From Acidobacteriota bacterium (GTDB lineage Bacteria > Acidobacteriota > Thermoanaerobaculia > Multivoradales > UBA5704), in assembly GCA_040005235.1 (NCBI GenBank), contig JBDTZG010000064.1, forward strand, positions 1 to 28,078: DNA of 28,078 nucleotides, read 5' to 3'. The notes beneath the pieces are model-generated. The model ran no database searches. It was not told where the DNA came from and saw only the letters and a program-made list of their open reading frames with translations. Numbering within the stretch: position 1 is the stretch's first letter; each line of letters starts with the position of its first letter. This document shows positions 6,896-15,023 of the stretch, piece by piece. The translations under genes and the position numbers were made by a program.

Positions 6896-8030
6896 CGGTT
6901 TCTATCTGACGCTGATGGTAGGGCCGATGGTGCCTCTGCCGGTGGGACAGGACGTGATCGACGCCCTGGCCAGCGTGCAGGTCACGGTGTCGTCCGGCGC
7001 CATGGCGGAGAGCGGTTTCCAGCTCACCTTCAACCTGGGGAAGCGGTCGCCGCTCGAAACCCTGTTCCTGGTGGCGGGAAGCTCGCTGCCGCCCATCATC
7101 CGCGTCGTTTTGATCGCCACTGTAAACGGCCAGGCCGAGGTGCTGATCGACGGCGTGGTCACGCGCACGGACGTCGCGTCCGGATCGGACAGCTCCACCT
7201 CGACGCTGACGGTGACGGGGACCGACCTGACGGCGGTGATGAACTGGGACCTGTTCAATCCGATCAAGAACCTGCCGCTTCCGGCCATGCCGAACGAAGC
7301 CCGGGTGCTGTTGCTGCTGGCGAAATACGCGCTGTTCGGGGTCATCCCGATGGTGATCCCCAGCGTGCTGATCGACATCCCGATCCCCACGGACCGTATC
7401 CCGCGGCAACAGGGGAGCGATCTGGCCTACATCCGGGCCCTCGCCGAGGAGGTGGGCTACGTCTTCTACCTCAAGCCGGGGCCGGTGACGGGGACCAGCA
7501 TCGCGTACTGGGGGCCGGAGATCAAAGTCGGCGTGCCGCAGCCGGCCCTCAATGTGGACATGGACGCCGAGACCAACGTCGAATCGCTGAGCTTCAGCTA
7601 CAGCGGGGAGAATGCCGCGCTGCCGATCGTCTACGTGCAGAACCAGGAGAGCAAGGTGCTCTTTGTAATCCCCATTACCAGCATCACGCCGCTCAACCCG
7701 CCGCTGGGCCTCGTGCCGGCGATCCCCAAGCAGTTCCCGGAGTTTCGGGAGACGGCCAAGTACGGGCCGGTGCGGGCGGCTCTGGTGGGCCTCGCCAAGG
7801 CGGCGCAAACGGCGGAAGTGGTGAATGCCCAGGGGAACCTCGACGTGCTGCGCTACGGCCGGCCCCTGCGCGCCCGCGAACTGGTGGGGGTGCGCGGCGT
7901 GGGCACGGCGTTCGACGGCCTCTATTACGTCAAGAACGTGACGCACAACATCAAACGGGGCGAGTACAAGCAGAGCTTCAACCTCTCCCGCAACGGCCTG
8001 ATCTCGACGGTTCCCAGGGTGCCCGTATGA
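6888..8030 (+). CDS. Baseplate hub protein (gp27/VgrG N-terminal/P2 gpD-like)
   Basis: Motifs 'VLIDGVVTR', 'TLTVTGTDLTAVM', 'QQGSDLAYIRALAEEVGYVFY', 'VGVRGVGTAFDGLYYVKNVTHNI'. Located between the LysM and spike genes. Confidence 0.85.
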   Translation: MNNGFYLTLMVGPMVPLPVGQDVIDALASVQVTVSSGAMAESGFQLTFNLGKRSPLETLFLVAGSSLPPIIRVVLIATVNGQAEVLIDGVVTRTDVASGSDSSTSTLTVTGTDLTAVMNWDLFNPIKNLPLPAMPNEARVLLLLAKYALFGVIPMVIPSVLIDIPIPTDRIPRQQGSDLAYIRALAEEVGYVFYLKPGPVTGTSIAYWGPEIKVGVPQPALNVDMDAETNVESLSFSYSGENAALPIVYVQNQESKVLFVIPITSITPLNPPLGLVPAIPKQFPEFRETAKYGPVRAALVGLAKAAQTAEVVNAQGNLDVLRYGRPLRARELVGVRGVGTAFDGLYYVKNVTHNIKRGEYKQSFNLSRNGLISTVPRVPV

Positions 8031-8542
8031 GCCATGGAGAGAAGTTCTACGGCAAATACCGCGGCACGGTGATCAACAACATCGATCCCATGCAGCTCGG
8101 CCGCATCCAGGCGATGGTGCCGGACGTCTCGGGTTTCATCCCCACCAGTTGGGCCATGCCCTGCGTGCCGCTCGCCGGCAAGCAGATGGGCACCTTCGTG
8201 GTGCCGCAGATCGGCTCCGGCGTGTGGGTGGAGTTCGAGCAGGGAGACCCTGACTATCCGATCTGGGTCGGCGGCTTCTGGGGGATCGCCGCCGAGGTGC
8301 CGGTGCTGGCGCTGGCGGGAGTACCGGGGAATCCCAACATCGTGCTCCAGAGCACGCTCCAGAACACGCTGGTGATCAGCGACCTGCCTGGGCCGACCGG
8401 CGGGATCATGCTCAAGAGCACCACGGGCGCGACGCTCATCGTCAACGACACGGGGATCTACATCCAGAACGGCAAGGGCGCGAGCCTGGTCATGGTGGGA
8501 CCCTCGGTAACGATCAACAACGGCGCGCTGGTGGTCATCTGA
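8027..8542 (+). CDS. Central spike protein (gp5 OB-fold/baseplate assembly protein V)
   Basis: 'YGKYRGTVINNIDPMQLGRIQAMVP...WAMPC...PQIGSGVWVEFEQGDPDYPIWVG' is an OB-fold signature, followed by short beta-helix repeats. Confidence 0.92.
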   Translation: MSHGEKFYGKYRGTVINNIDPMQLGRIQAMVPDVSGFIPTSWAMPCVPLAGKQMGTFVVPQIGSGVWVEFEQGDPDYPIWVGGFWGIAAEVPVLALAGVPGNPNIVLQSTLQNTLVISDLPGPTGGIMLKSTTGATLIVNDTGIYIQNGKGASLVMVGPSVTINNGALVVI

Positions 8543-8557
8543 AAGGGGAGGAGAACG

Positions 8558-8881
8558 ATGCCTGGATTCCTTCTTCACGTCGGCGCCACGGTGCTCTGCT
8601 CGCACGGCGGGCAGGCGCAGCCGACGGTCTCCAATCCCCGCGTGACGGTGAACGGCATGCCGACGGTCATCCTCGCGGCCCCCTACGTGGTGGCGGGCTG
8701 CGCCATGCCGCCGCCGACCGCCGGCAACGGCCCGTGCGTCACCGCGCAATGGATCACCGCCGCCACGCGGATCACCTCGAACGGCCAGCCCCTTCTGCTG
8801 CTGGACAGCCAGGCCATCTGCGCGCCCACGGGCACGCCCTTGTTGATCGTGGCCACCCAGACGCGGGCGACCGGAATGTAA
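8558..8881 (+). CDS. PAAR-like (DUF4280-type) spike tip protein
   Basis: GGAGGAG RBS. 'GATVLCSHGG...VTVNG...GC...PC...W...NGQPLLLLDSQAIC' supplies Cys/His candidate Zn ligands. Directly follows the spike gene. Confidence 0.82.
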   Translation: MPGFLLHVGATVLCSHGGQAQPTVSNPRVTVNGMPTVILAAPYVVAGCAMPPPTAGNGPCVTAQWITAATRITSNGQPLLLLDSQAICAPTGTPLLIVATQTRATGM

Positions 8882-8893
8882 CGTGAGGACCGG

Positions 8894-9253
8894 ATGAACA
8901 TCGATTATCCCTTCCATTGCGATCGCCTCGGCCGCACCGCCACGACCGGGTACGACGACCACGTCCGGGACATGATCGAGCAGTTGCTCTTCACCAATCC
9001 CGGCGAGCGGGTCAACCGGCCGGACTTCGGCAGCGGCCTGCTGCAACTGGTCTTCGCGCCCAACAGCCCGGAGCTGGCGGCGGCTCTCCAGTTCACCATC
9101 CAGGCCTCCCTCCAGCGCTGGCTGGGCGACGTGATCCAGGTGCAGGCCCTGGAGGTCACCAGCCGCGACTCGACGCTGTACGTCGTCCTTCAGTACGTCG
9201 TGCTCCGCACCGGCGAGACGCGCGTCGACACCTTCGAACGGAGCGGCTCATGA
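8894..9253 (+). CDS. gp25/GPW-family baseplate wedge/sheath initiator (Afp9-like)
   Basis: 'IEQLLFTNPGERVNRPDFGSGL' is the gp25 signature. Confidence 0.93.
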   Translation: MNIDYPFHCDRLGRTATTGYDDHVRDMIEQLLFTNPGERVNRPDFGSGLLQLVFAPNSPELAAALQFTIQASLQRWLGDVIQVQALEVTSRDSTLYVVLQYVVLRTGETRVDTFERSGS

Positions 9254-11832
9254 AGAGCGATCCCGGATTGATCTGCAACGACGAGCGGCGCCATCACGAC
9301 GTCCGCAAGGCGAAGGACTGGAACGGGCTCGACTACCTGGAGGTCGGCGAGGACCAGCAGACGGTCACGCTCTATTTCCTCGACAAGGCACCCGCGGGCC
9401 TGCAGCCGGAAAACATTGTCATCGAGCCGTGCGGCGGCGGTAGGCCGGTGCGGGTGGTGGACTTGCAATTCTGCCGCATGGAGGACGAGGAGCGGGACGA
9501 CTGCCTGCACCTCCGGCTCGACGGGATCGGCGGCTTCTCGCCCTACCGGCTCTGCCTGCGCGAGACGGATGAGCAGGGCCGGCCGACCTCGCGGCCGTTC
9601 CCCGGTATCGACCCTCGCTACGCCTGTCTCGATCTCGATTTCAAGATCGGTTGCCCGAGCGATTTCGATTGCAGGGAGGAGCCGCACTGCCCGCCGGAGC
9701 CCCTGGAGGAGCCGGCGATCAATTACCTGGCGAAGGATTACGCCAGCTTCCGGCAACTGATCCTGGACCGCATTGCGGTCACCCTGCCGGATTGGCGCGA
9801 GCGCCACGTGCCGGACCTCGGCGTTACGCTCGTGGAGCTGCTGGCCTACGTGGGCGATCACCTGAGCTATTACCAGGATGCCGTCGCCACCGAGGCCTAC
9901 CTCGACACGGCGCGGCGGAGGACCTCCGTCCGGCGTCACGTCCGCCTCGTGGACTACCCGATGCACGAGGGCTGCAACTCCAGAGCGTGGGTGTTCGTGG
10001 ACGCGAGCGCCGACCAGTCCCTCAAGCCCGGTCAGTTCCATTTCATCACCGGTTTCAATCCCTCGCCGGCCGCGGGCAAGCCGCTCACCCGCGAAGACTT
10101 GAAGGGTTTCTCCGCGGTCCTGTACGAGGTCTTCGAGCCGCTGGAAGACCGGCCGGTCGAGCTGCGCGAGGCGCACAACGAGATCCGCCTTTATACCTGG
10201 GGAGATCGCGAGTGCTGCCTGCCGCGCCATGCCACGCGGGCCACGCTGCGCGACGAATGGATCAAGGAGGAGCCGCCGACGCCGAAGCCGGAGAAGCCCT
10301 ACGGGTATGGGAAGCCGGATCACGACGACGACTGCGCGCCGTCGCCGGAGCCCCGCGAGCCCCGCCGCCGCCTGGACCTGAATCCGGGCGACCCGCTCCT
10401 CTTCGAAGAGGTGCGCGGCCCGAGGACCGGCCATCCCGCCGACGCCGACCGCTCCCACCGGCAGGTGGTGCGGCTGACGCGTGTAACGACGAGCGTGGAC
10501 GAGCTCTACAACCAGCCGATCGTGGAGATCGAGTGGGCGCGCGAGGACGCCCTGACCTTCCCGCTCTGCGTCTCCAGCCTCGGCGGCAAGAATTGCCGCA
10601 TCCTGGACCCGGTGAGCGTGGCGCGGGGCAACATTCTGCTGGTGGATCACGGCCGCACGGTGGAGGACAAGGAATGGGACCCGGTGCCACCGGGCAAGAC
10701 CAAGCCCCTTTGTGAAGGCGAGGGACGGCTCGCTGAAACGCCGCTGCTCTCCGGCCGGTTCCGGCCCTTCCTGGAGCAGGGGCCGCTGTCGTTCCGCCAG
10801 CCTTTGCCGCCGCGCTCGCGCCATGTCCCGGCCTCGCGCCTGCTTGCCCAGGACCCGCGCCAGGCCATGCCTCAGGTGACGATCTCCGAGGCGTGGAGCG
10901 TACGGCGGGACCTCCTGGAGTCCGGTCCCGGGGACCGGCACTTCGTGGCGGAGGTGGACGATGACGGCCGCGCCCACCTGCGGTTCGGCGACGGCGAGAT
11001 GGGCTTCGCGCCCCCGGCGGGCAAGGTCTTCCAGGCCTCCTACCGCATGGGGAACGGGCCGGCGGGAAACGTGGGCGCGGAGTCGATCCGTCACCTCGTC
11101 CTAGCGGACGGCCTCACGATCTCCGGCGTGAATCTGCGGCCGCGGAACCCGTTGGCGGCGCAAGGCGGAACGGCTCCCGAGCCGCTCGCCGAGGTCCGTC
11201 TACTGGCGCCACACGCCTTCCGAAAGGATTTGCAGCGGGCGATCACCGCGGACGACTACGCCCGCATCGTCGAGCGCGAGTTTCCAGGCCGGGTGCAGCG
11301 CGCCGCCGCCGTGATGCGTTGGGCGGGGAGCTGGCCCGAGGTGCTGGTGGCCGTGGACCCGTGGAGCGGCGAGGAGAACGTGGGCGGGCTGCTGCACGAG
11401 ATCGAGCGGAAGCTCCGCCGCTACCGGCGGATCGGCCACGACGTCGTGGTGAAGCGGGCCCTCTCCGTGCCGCTCTACATCGAACTGCGCGTCTGCGTGC
11501 GTCCTTCTTTCGTGAGCGGCCACGTCGAGGCCGCGCTCCTGGAGATCCTGGGGAGCCGGGCGCTGCCGGATGGCCGGCGCGGTTTCTTTCATGCCGACAA
11601 CCTCTCCTTTGGCGAGGGGATCGCCCTCTCGCGGCTGATCGCCGCCGCGCAGTCGGTCACCGGCGTGGAGAGCGTGGAGATCGTCAAGTTCCACCGGCTC
11701 CACGAGGGTCCCGCCGGCGAGATCGAAAAAGGTTTCCTTCCTCTGGCCCCGCTGGAGATCGCCCGGCTCGATGGAGACCGTCGGTTCCCGGACAACGGTT
11801 GGATCAAGCCCGAGATGCGAGGTGGCCGATGA
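9250..11832 (+). CDS. Baseplate wedge protein 1 (gp6/gpJ-like, Afp11-like), about 860 aa
   Basis: Start reassigned to ATG 9250 (ATGA overlap with the gp25 stop); the track extension from 8917 overlaps gp25. Motifs 'YLAKDYASFRQLILDR', 'DLGVTLVELLAYVGDHLSYYQDAVATEAYLDTARRR', 'LRFGDG', 'GNGPAGNVGA', 'RAITADDY'. Confidence 0.9.
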   Translation: MKSDPGLICNDERRHHDVRKAKDWNGLDYLEVGEDQQTVTLYFLDKAPAGLQPENIVIEPCGGGRPVRVVDLQFCRMEDEERDDCLHLRLDGIGGFSPYRLCLRETDEQGRPTSRPFPGIDPRYACLDLDFKIGCPSDFDCREEPHCPPEPLEEPAINYLAKDYASFRQLILDRIAVTLPDWRERHVPDLGVTLVELLAYVGDHLSYYQDAVATEAYLDTARRRTSVRRHVRLVDYPMHEGCNSRAWVFVDASADQSLKPGQFHFITGFNPSPAAGKPLTREDLKGFSAVLYEVFEPLEDRPVELREAHNEIRLYTWGDRECCLPRHATRATLRDEWIKEEPPTPKPEKPYGYGKPDHDDDCAPSPEPREPRRRLDLNPGDPLLFEEVRGPRTGHPADADRSHRQVVRLTRVTTSVDELYNQPIVEIEWAREDALTFPLCVSSLGGKNCRILDPVSVARGNILLVDHGRTVEDKEWDPVPPGKTKPLCEGEGRLAETPLLSGRFRPFLEQGPLSFRQPLPPRSRHVPASRLLAQDPRQAMPQVTISEAWSVRRDLLESGPGDRHFVAEVDDDGRAHLRFGDGEMGFAPPAGKVFQASYRMGNGPAGNVGAESIRHLVLADGLTISGVNLRPRNPLAAQGGTAPEPLAEVRLLAPHAFRKDLQRAITADDYARIVEREFPGRVQRAAAVMRWAGSWPEVLVAVDPWSGEENVGGLLHEIERKLRRYRRIGHDVVVKRALSVPLYIELRVCVRPSFVSGHVEAALLEILGSRALPDGRRGFFHADNLSFGEGIALSRLIAAAQSVTGVESVEIVKFHRLHEGPAGEIEKGFLPLAPLEIARLDGDRRFPDNGWIKPEMRGGR

Positions 11833-14800
11833 GTGACAATTGTTCTTGCGGAGGTGGCGCGTGCGGTTGCGGGTGCTGTGAAGGAACCGAGCCCCTGACG
11901 CCGCGAACGATCGCCAACCGGCCCGGCCTGGATGCCCTTGCCTACCGCGTGGGTACGCACGCCTCGTTCCTGGAGACCATGCAGGCACGCCTTTCCAGCT
12001 CCGATTTCATGGCGCTGGAAGGGCTGACCACCCGCGACGCTGCCGATCCCTCCCTGGCCCTGCTGGATGCCTGGGCCCTGGTGGGCGACGTGCTGACGTT
12101 CTACCAGGAGCGCATCGCCAACGAGGGCTATCTGCGCACGTCCACGGAACGGCGCTCCGTGCTGGAGTTGGCGCGGCTGGTGGGTTATGAGCCGCGCCCG
12201 GGAGTGGCGGCGAGCACGTATCTGGCCTACTTGCTGGACGAAGGGCCCGAGGCGTTGATCCCCGCGGGCGCCGCCGCCCGCAGCGTGCCCGGTCCCGGCG
12301 AGCTGCCGCAGACCTTCGAGACGATGGAAGACCTCACCGCCTGCGCGGCCTGGAACAACCTCCAGGTGCGGCTCACGCGGCCGCAGAATGCAATCACGAC
12401 GGAGAATGACCGGGGGAGGGGCGTTTATCTCCAGGGGGTCAACACGCAGGTGAAGGTGAACGATCCGCTGCTGATCGGTCCGAAAGGCCGGCCGGACCTC
12501 TACCGGGTAGTCATGGTAGAGCCGGACGCGTTGAAGGACCGGACGCGAGTCACCGTGCAGCCCTGGTTGAGGACTGTCCCGCAGGCGCCGCCTCCGCCGC
12601 CCGCGATCGACTTCATCAAACTGGACCTCAGCAATCTGCAAAGCCGCAAGCTGCCGGCCAACACCCCCCCCCGGGTGATCAGCGGTCTCAAGGCGATCGA
12701 GGCAAAGGACCCGTTGAAGATCAACGAATCCGAGCTGCGGGTCTTGATGCAGGAGGCCCAGAGCGGCCTGGAGAAGGGACCCTCAACGAAAGTGGCGGCG
12801 TGGCTCATGAGCGTCATCGCGAACCTCCAGGAGGCGTTGCAATCCGATCTCTTCAAGGAGAGGAGCGTCGCCTCCGCGTCGCCGGCGATCCCTTCGAGCG
12901 TGCTCATCGACCAGCTCGCGAAACCGCCCAAGCCGCAGAACCGGAGCAGTGCTCAACTGGATCGCAGCTCCCAGGAGCTCTTCCAGCCGGGGTCGGATGT
13001 GAACGGCAAGCTGCTGGCGTCGTCCCGGCCGGAGCTGCGCGGCATGCTGTATACGGCCTGGGCGAACGCGCCCGCCACCGCGCTCCCCGATTTCGAGGTC
13101 CACGCATTGCGCGTCCGGGCCTCGGTCTTCGGCCACAACGCGCCACGGAAATTGACCAGCTCGAAGCCGGATGATCAGGGCGTTATCCTGTTTACCCAAG
13201 GCGACGATCGGCCCCTCGAGGAGGTCGACAAGTTCGATCCGTCCAACCCCGACCCGGACGGGCTGTCGCGGATCGTCTGGCTCGACGCCCCGTATCCCCA
13301 GATAAGGCCCGAGAGCTGGGTCGTGTTCCACCGTCCCTCCGTGACCGAACGGATCAAGGAGCCACTGATCATCGCGAGGGTCCGGGAGACCGCCGAGCGC
13401 TCCCGGGAGGCCTACGGTATCGCCGCCAAATCGACACGGCTTGCCGTGAACAAACCCTGGCTCGACCTCAATTCGAATGATGAGGAGGAGCCAGAAGACT
13501 CCTTCGACGTCATCCGCGGCACCGCCATCTTCGCCCAGAGCGAGCTCCTGCCGCTGGCGGAGGCGCCGATCGATCCCGTGGAAGAGGCGGTGGGCGGCGG
13601 CGAGATCGAGCTAGCCCGGTTCTATGACGGCCTGATGACCGGCCGCTGGCTGATCGTCAGCGGCGAGCGCACCGACGTGCGGGAGATCGATTTCGACGGC
13701 AAGGAGCAGGTGGTGCCGGGAATCAAGGCGAGCGAGCTGATGATGCTGGCCGGTGTAAAGCATGGCGTCAGCACGATCGATTCCCTCCCCGGCTCCGACA
13801 CGGTTCCGGAGAAGCCTCGACCGAAAAGGCCGCTTCCCGGCGACCGCACCCACACTACGTTGACGCTCGCGAAGGAGCTGCAGTACCGGTACAAGCGAGA
13901 CACCGTCGTGATCTACGGCAACGTCGCCAAGGCCACCCACGGCGAGACGCGCTTCGAGGTGATGGGGAGCGGCGACGCCAGCAAATCCCTGCAATCCTTC
14001 ACGTTGAAGCAGCCGCCTCTCACCTACGTCTCGGCGCCCACGCCGTCCGGCGTCGAGAGCACGCTCAAGATGCGGGTCAACGACCTCCTCTGGCACGAGG
14101 CGGACAGCCTGGTCGGCCTCCAGAAGACCGACCGGAGTTACATCGTGCGCATCGACGCCGGCGGCCAGACCACGGTTGTGTTTGGCAACGGCGAGCGCGG
14201 CGCGCGACTGCCCACCGGCCCCGAGAACGTGCGGGCGACCTACCGCAACGGCATCGGCAAGGGGGGCAACGTCAAGAAGGAACAGATCACCCAACTGGCC
14301 ACCCGGCCTCTGGGCGTCAAGGACGTGATCAATCCGCTCCCGGCCACCGGCGGCGCGGACAAGGAGAGCCGCGATCAGGCACGGCGCAACGCGCCCCTGG
14401 CGGTGCTGGCCCTCGATCGCCTCGTCTCGGTGCAGGACTACGAGGATTTCACCCGCACCTTCGCCGGCATCGGCAAGGCCCGGGCCACGCTCCTCTCGGA
14501 CGGCTTCGCCGAGCTCGTCCACGTCACCATCGCGGGAGAGGACGACATCCCGATCGGAACGGATTCCGAGCTGCTCCAGAATCTCGAAGCGGCCCTGCGC
14601 TTGTATGGCGATCCGCGCCAAGCGTTGCTCATCGACGTGCGCGAGCGATCCTTCCTGATCGTCGAGGCCGAGGTGCGGGTGCTGCCGGATTATCTCTGGG
14701 AGAAGGTGGAGCCGAAGATCCGCGCCGCCATGCTCCAGGCGTTCGGGTTCGACCGCAGCGACCTGGGGCAGGACGCGGTTTTGAGCGAGGCCTACCGCGC

Positions 14801-15023
14801 CATCCAAAGGGTGCCGGGGGTCGATTTCGTGGACGTGAACGTGTTCACGACCCGCGATCCCGAGGACCTCCTGGCGGAGACCGATCTCAAGGATCAGCCG
14901 AAGAAGCGTCTCCGGGCCTCCCTGGCGGCGATCGACGACGACGGGACGATCCACCCCGCGCAACTGCTCTATTTATCGTCCGAGGTGGCGGACACGCTGA
15001 TCCTCAAGGAGCTGAAGTCATGA
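11829..15023 (+). CDS. Baseplate wedge protein 2 (gp6/gpJ-like), about 1064 aa
   Basis: Start reassigned to ATG 11829 (ATGA overlap). Motifs 'DVLTFYQERIANEGYLRTSTERRSVLELARLVGY', 'GNVAKATHGET', 'VVFGNGERGARLPTG', 'DRLVSVQDYEDF'. Confidence 0.9.
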   Translation: MSDNCSCGGGACGCGCCEGTEPLTPRTIANRPGLDALAYRVGTHASFLETMQARLSSSDFMALEGLTTRDAADPSLALLDAWALVGDVLTFYQERIANEGYLRTSTERRSVLELARLVGYEPRPGVAASTYLAYLLDEGPEALIPAGAAARSVPGPGELPQTFETMEDLTACAAWNNLQVRLTRPQNAITTENDRGRGVYLQGVNTQVKVNDPLLIGPKGRPDLYRVVMVEPDALKDRTRVTVQPWLRTVPQAPPPPPAIDFIKLDLSNLQSRKLPANTPPRVISGLKAIEAKDPLKINESELRVLMQEAQSGLEKGPSTKVAAWLMSVIANLQEALQSDLFKERSVASASPAIPSSVLIDQLAKPPKPQNRSSAQLDRSSQELFQPGSDVNGKLLASSRPELRGMLYTAWANAPATALPDFEVHALRVRASVFGHNAPRKLTSSKPDDQGVILFTQGDDRPLEEVDKFDPSNPDPDGLSRIVWLDAPYPQIRPESWVVFHRPSVTERIKEPLIIARVRETAERSREAYGIAAKSTRLAVNKPWLDLNSNDEEEPEDSFDVIRGTAIFAQSELLPLAEAPIDPVEEAVGGGEIELARFYDGLMTGRWLIVSGERTDVREIDFDGKEQVVPGIKASELMMLAGVKHGVSTIDSLPGSDTVPEKPRPKRPLPGDRTHTTLTLAKELQYRYKRDTVVIYGNVAKATHGETRFEVMGSGDASKSLQSFTLKQPPLTYVSAPTPSGVESTLKMRVNDLLWHEADSLVGLQKTDRSYIVRIDAGGQTTVVFGNGERGARLPTGPENVRATYRNGIGKGGNVKKEQITQLATRPLGVKDVINPLPATGGADKESRDQARRNAPLAVLALDRLVSVQDYEDFTRTFAGIGKARATLLSDGFAELVHVTIAGEDDIPIGTDSELLQNLEAALRLYGDPRQALLIDVRERSFLIVEAEVRVLPDYLWEKVEPKIRAAMLQAFGFDRSDLGQDAVLSEAYRAIQRVPGVDFVDVNVFTTRDPEDLLAETDLKDQPKKRLRASLAAIDDDGTIHPAQLLYLSSEVADTLILKELKS

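Noticed and set aside
8917-9249. N-terminal extension of the 971-aa ORF in the track
   Set aside because: It overlaps the gp25 gene in another frame and is Arg/Pro-rich nonsense. The ATGA-coupled start at 9250 is more plausible.
11319-11828. N-terminal extension of the 1234-aa ORF in the track
   Set aside because: It overlaps wedge gene 1. The ATGA-coupled start at 11829 begins the recognisable sequence.
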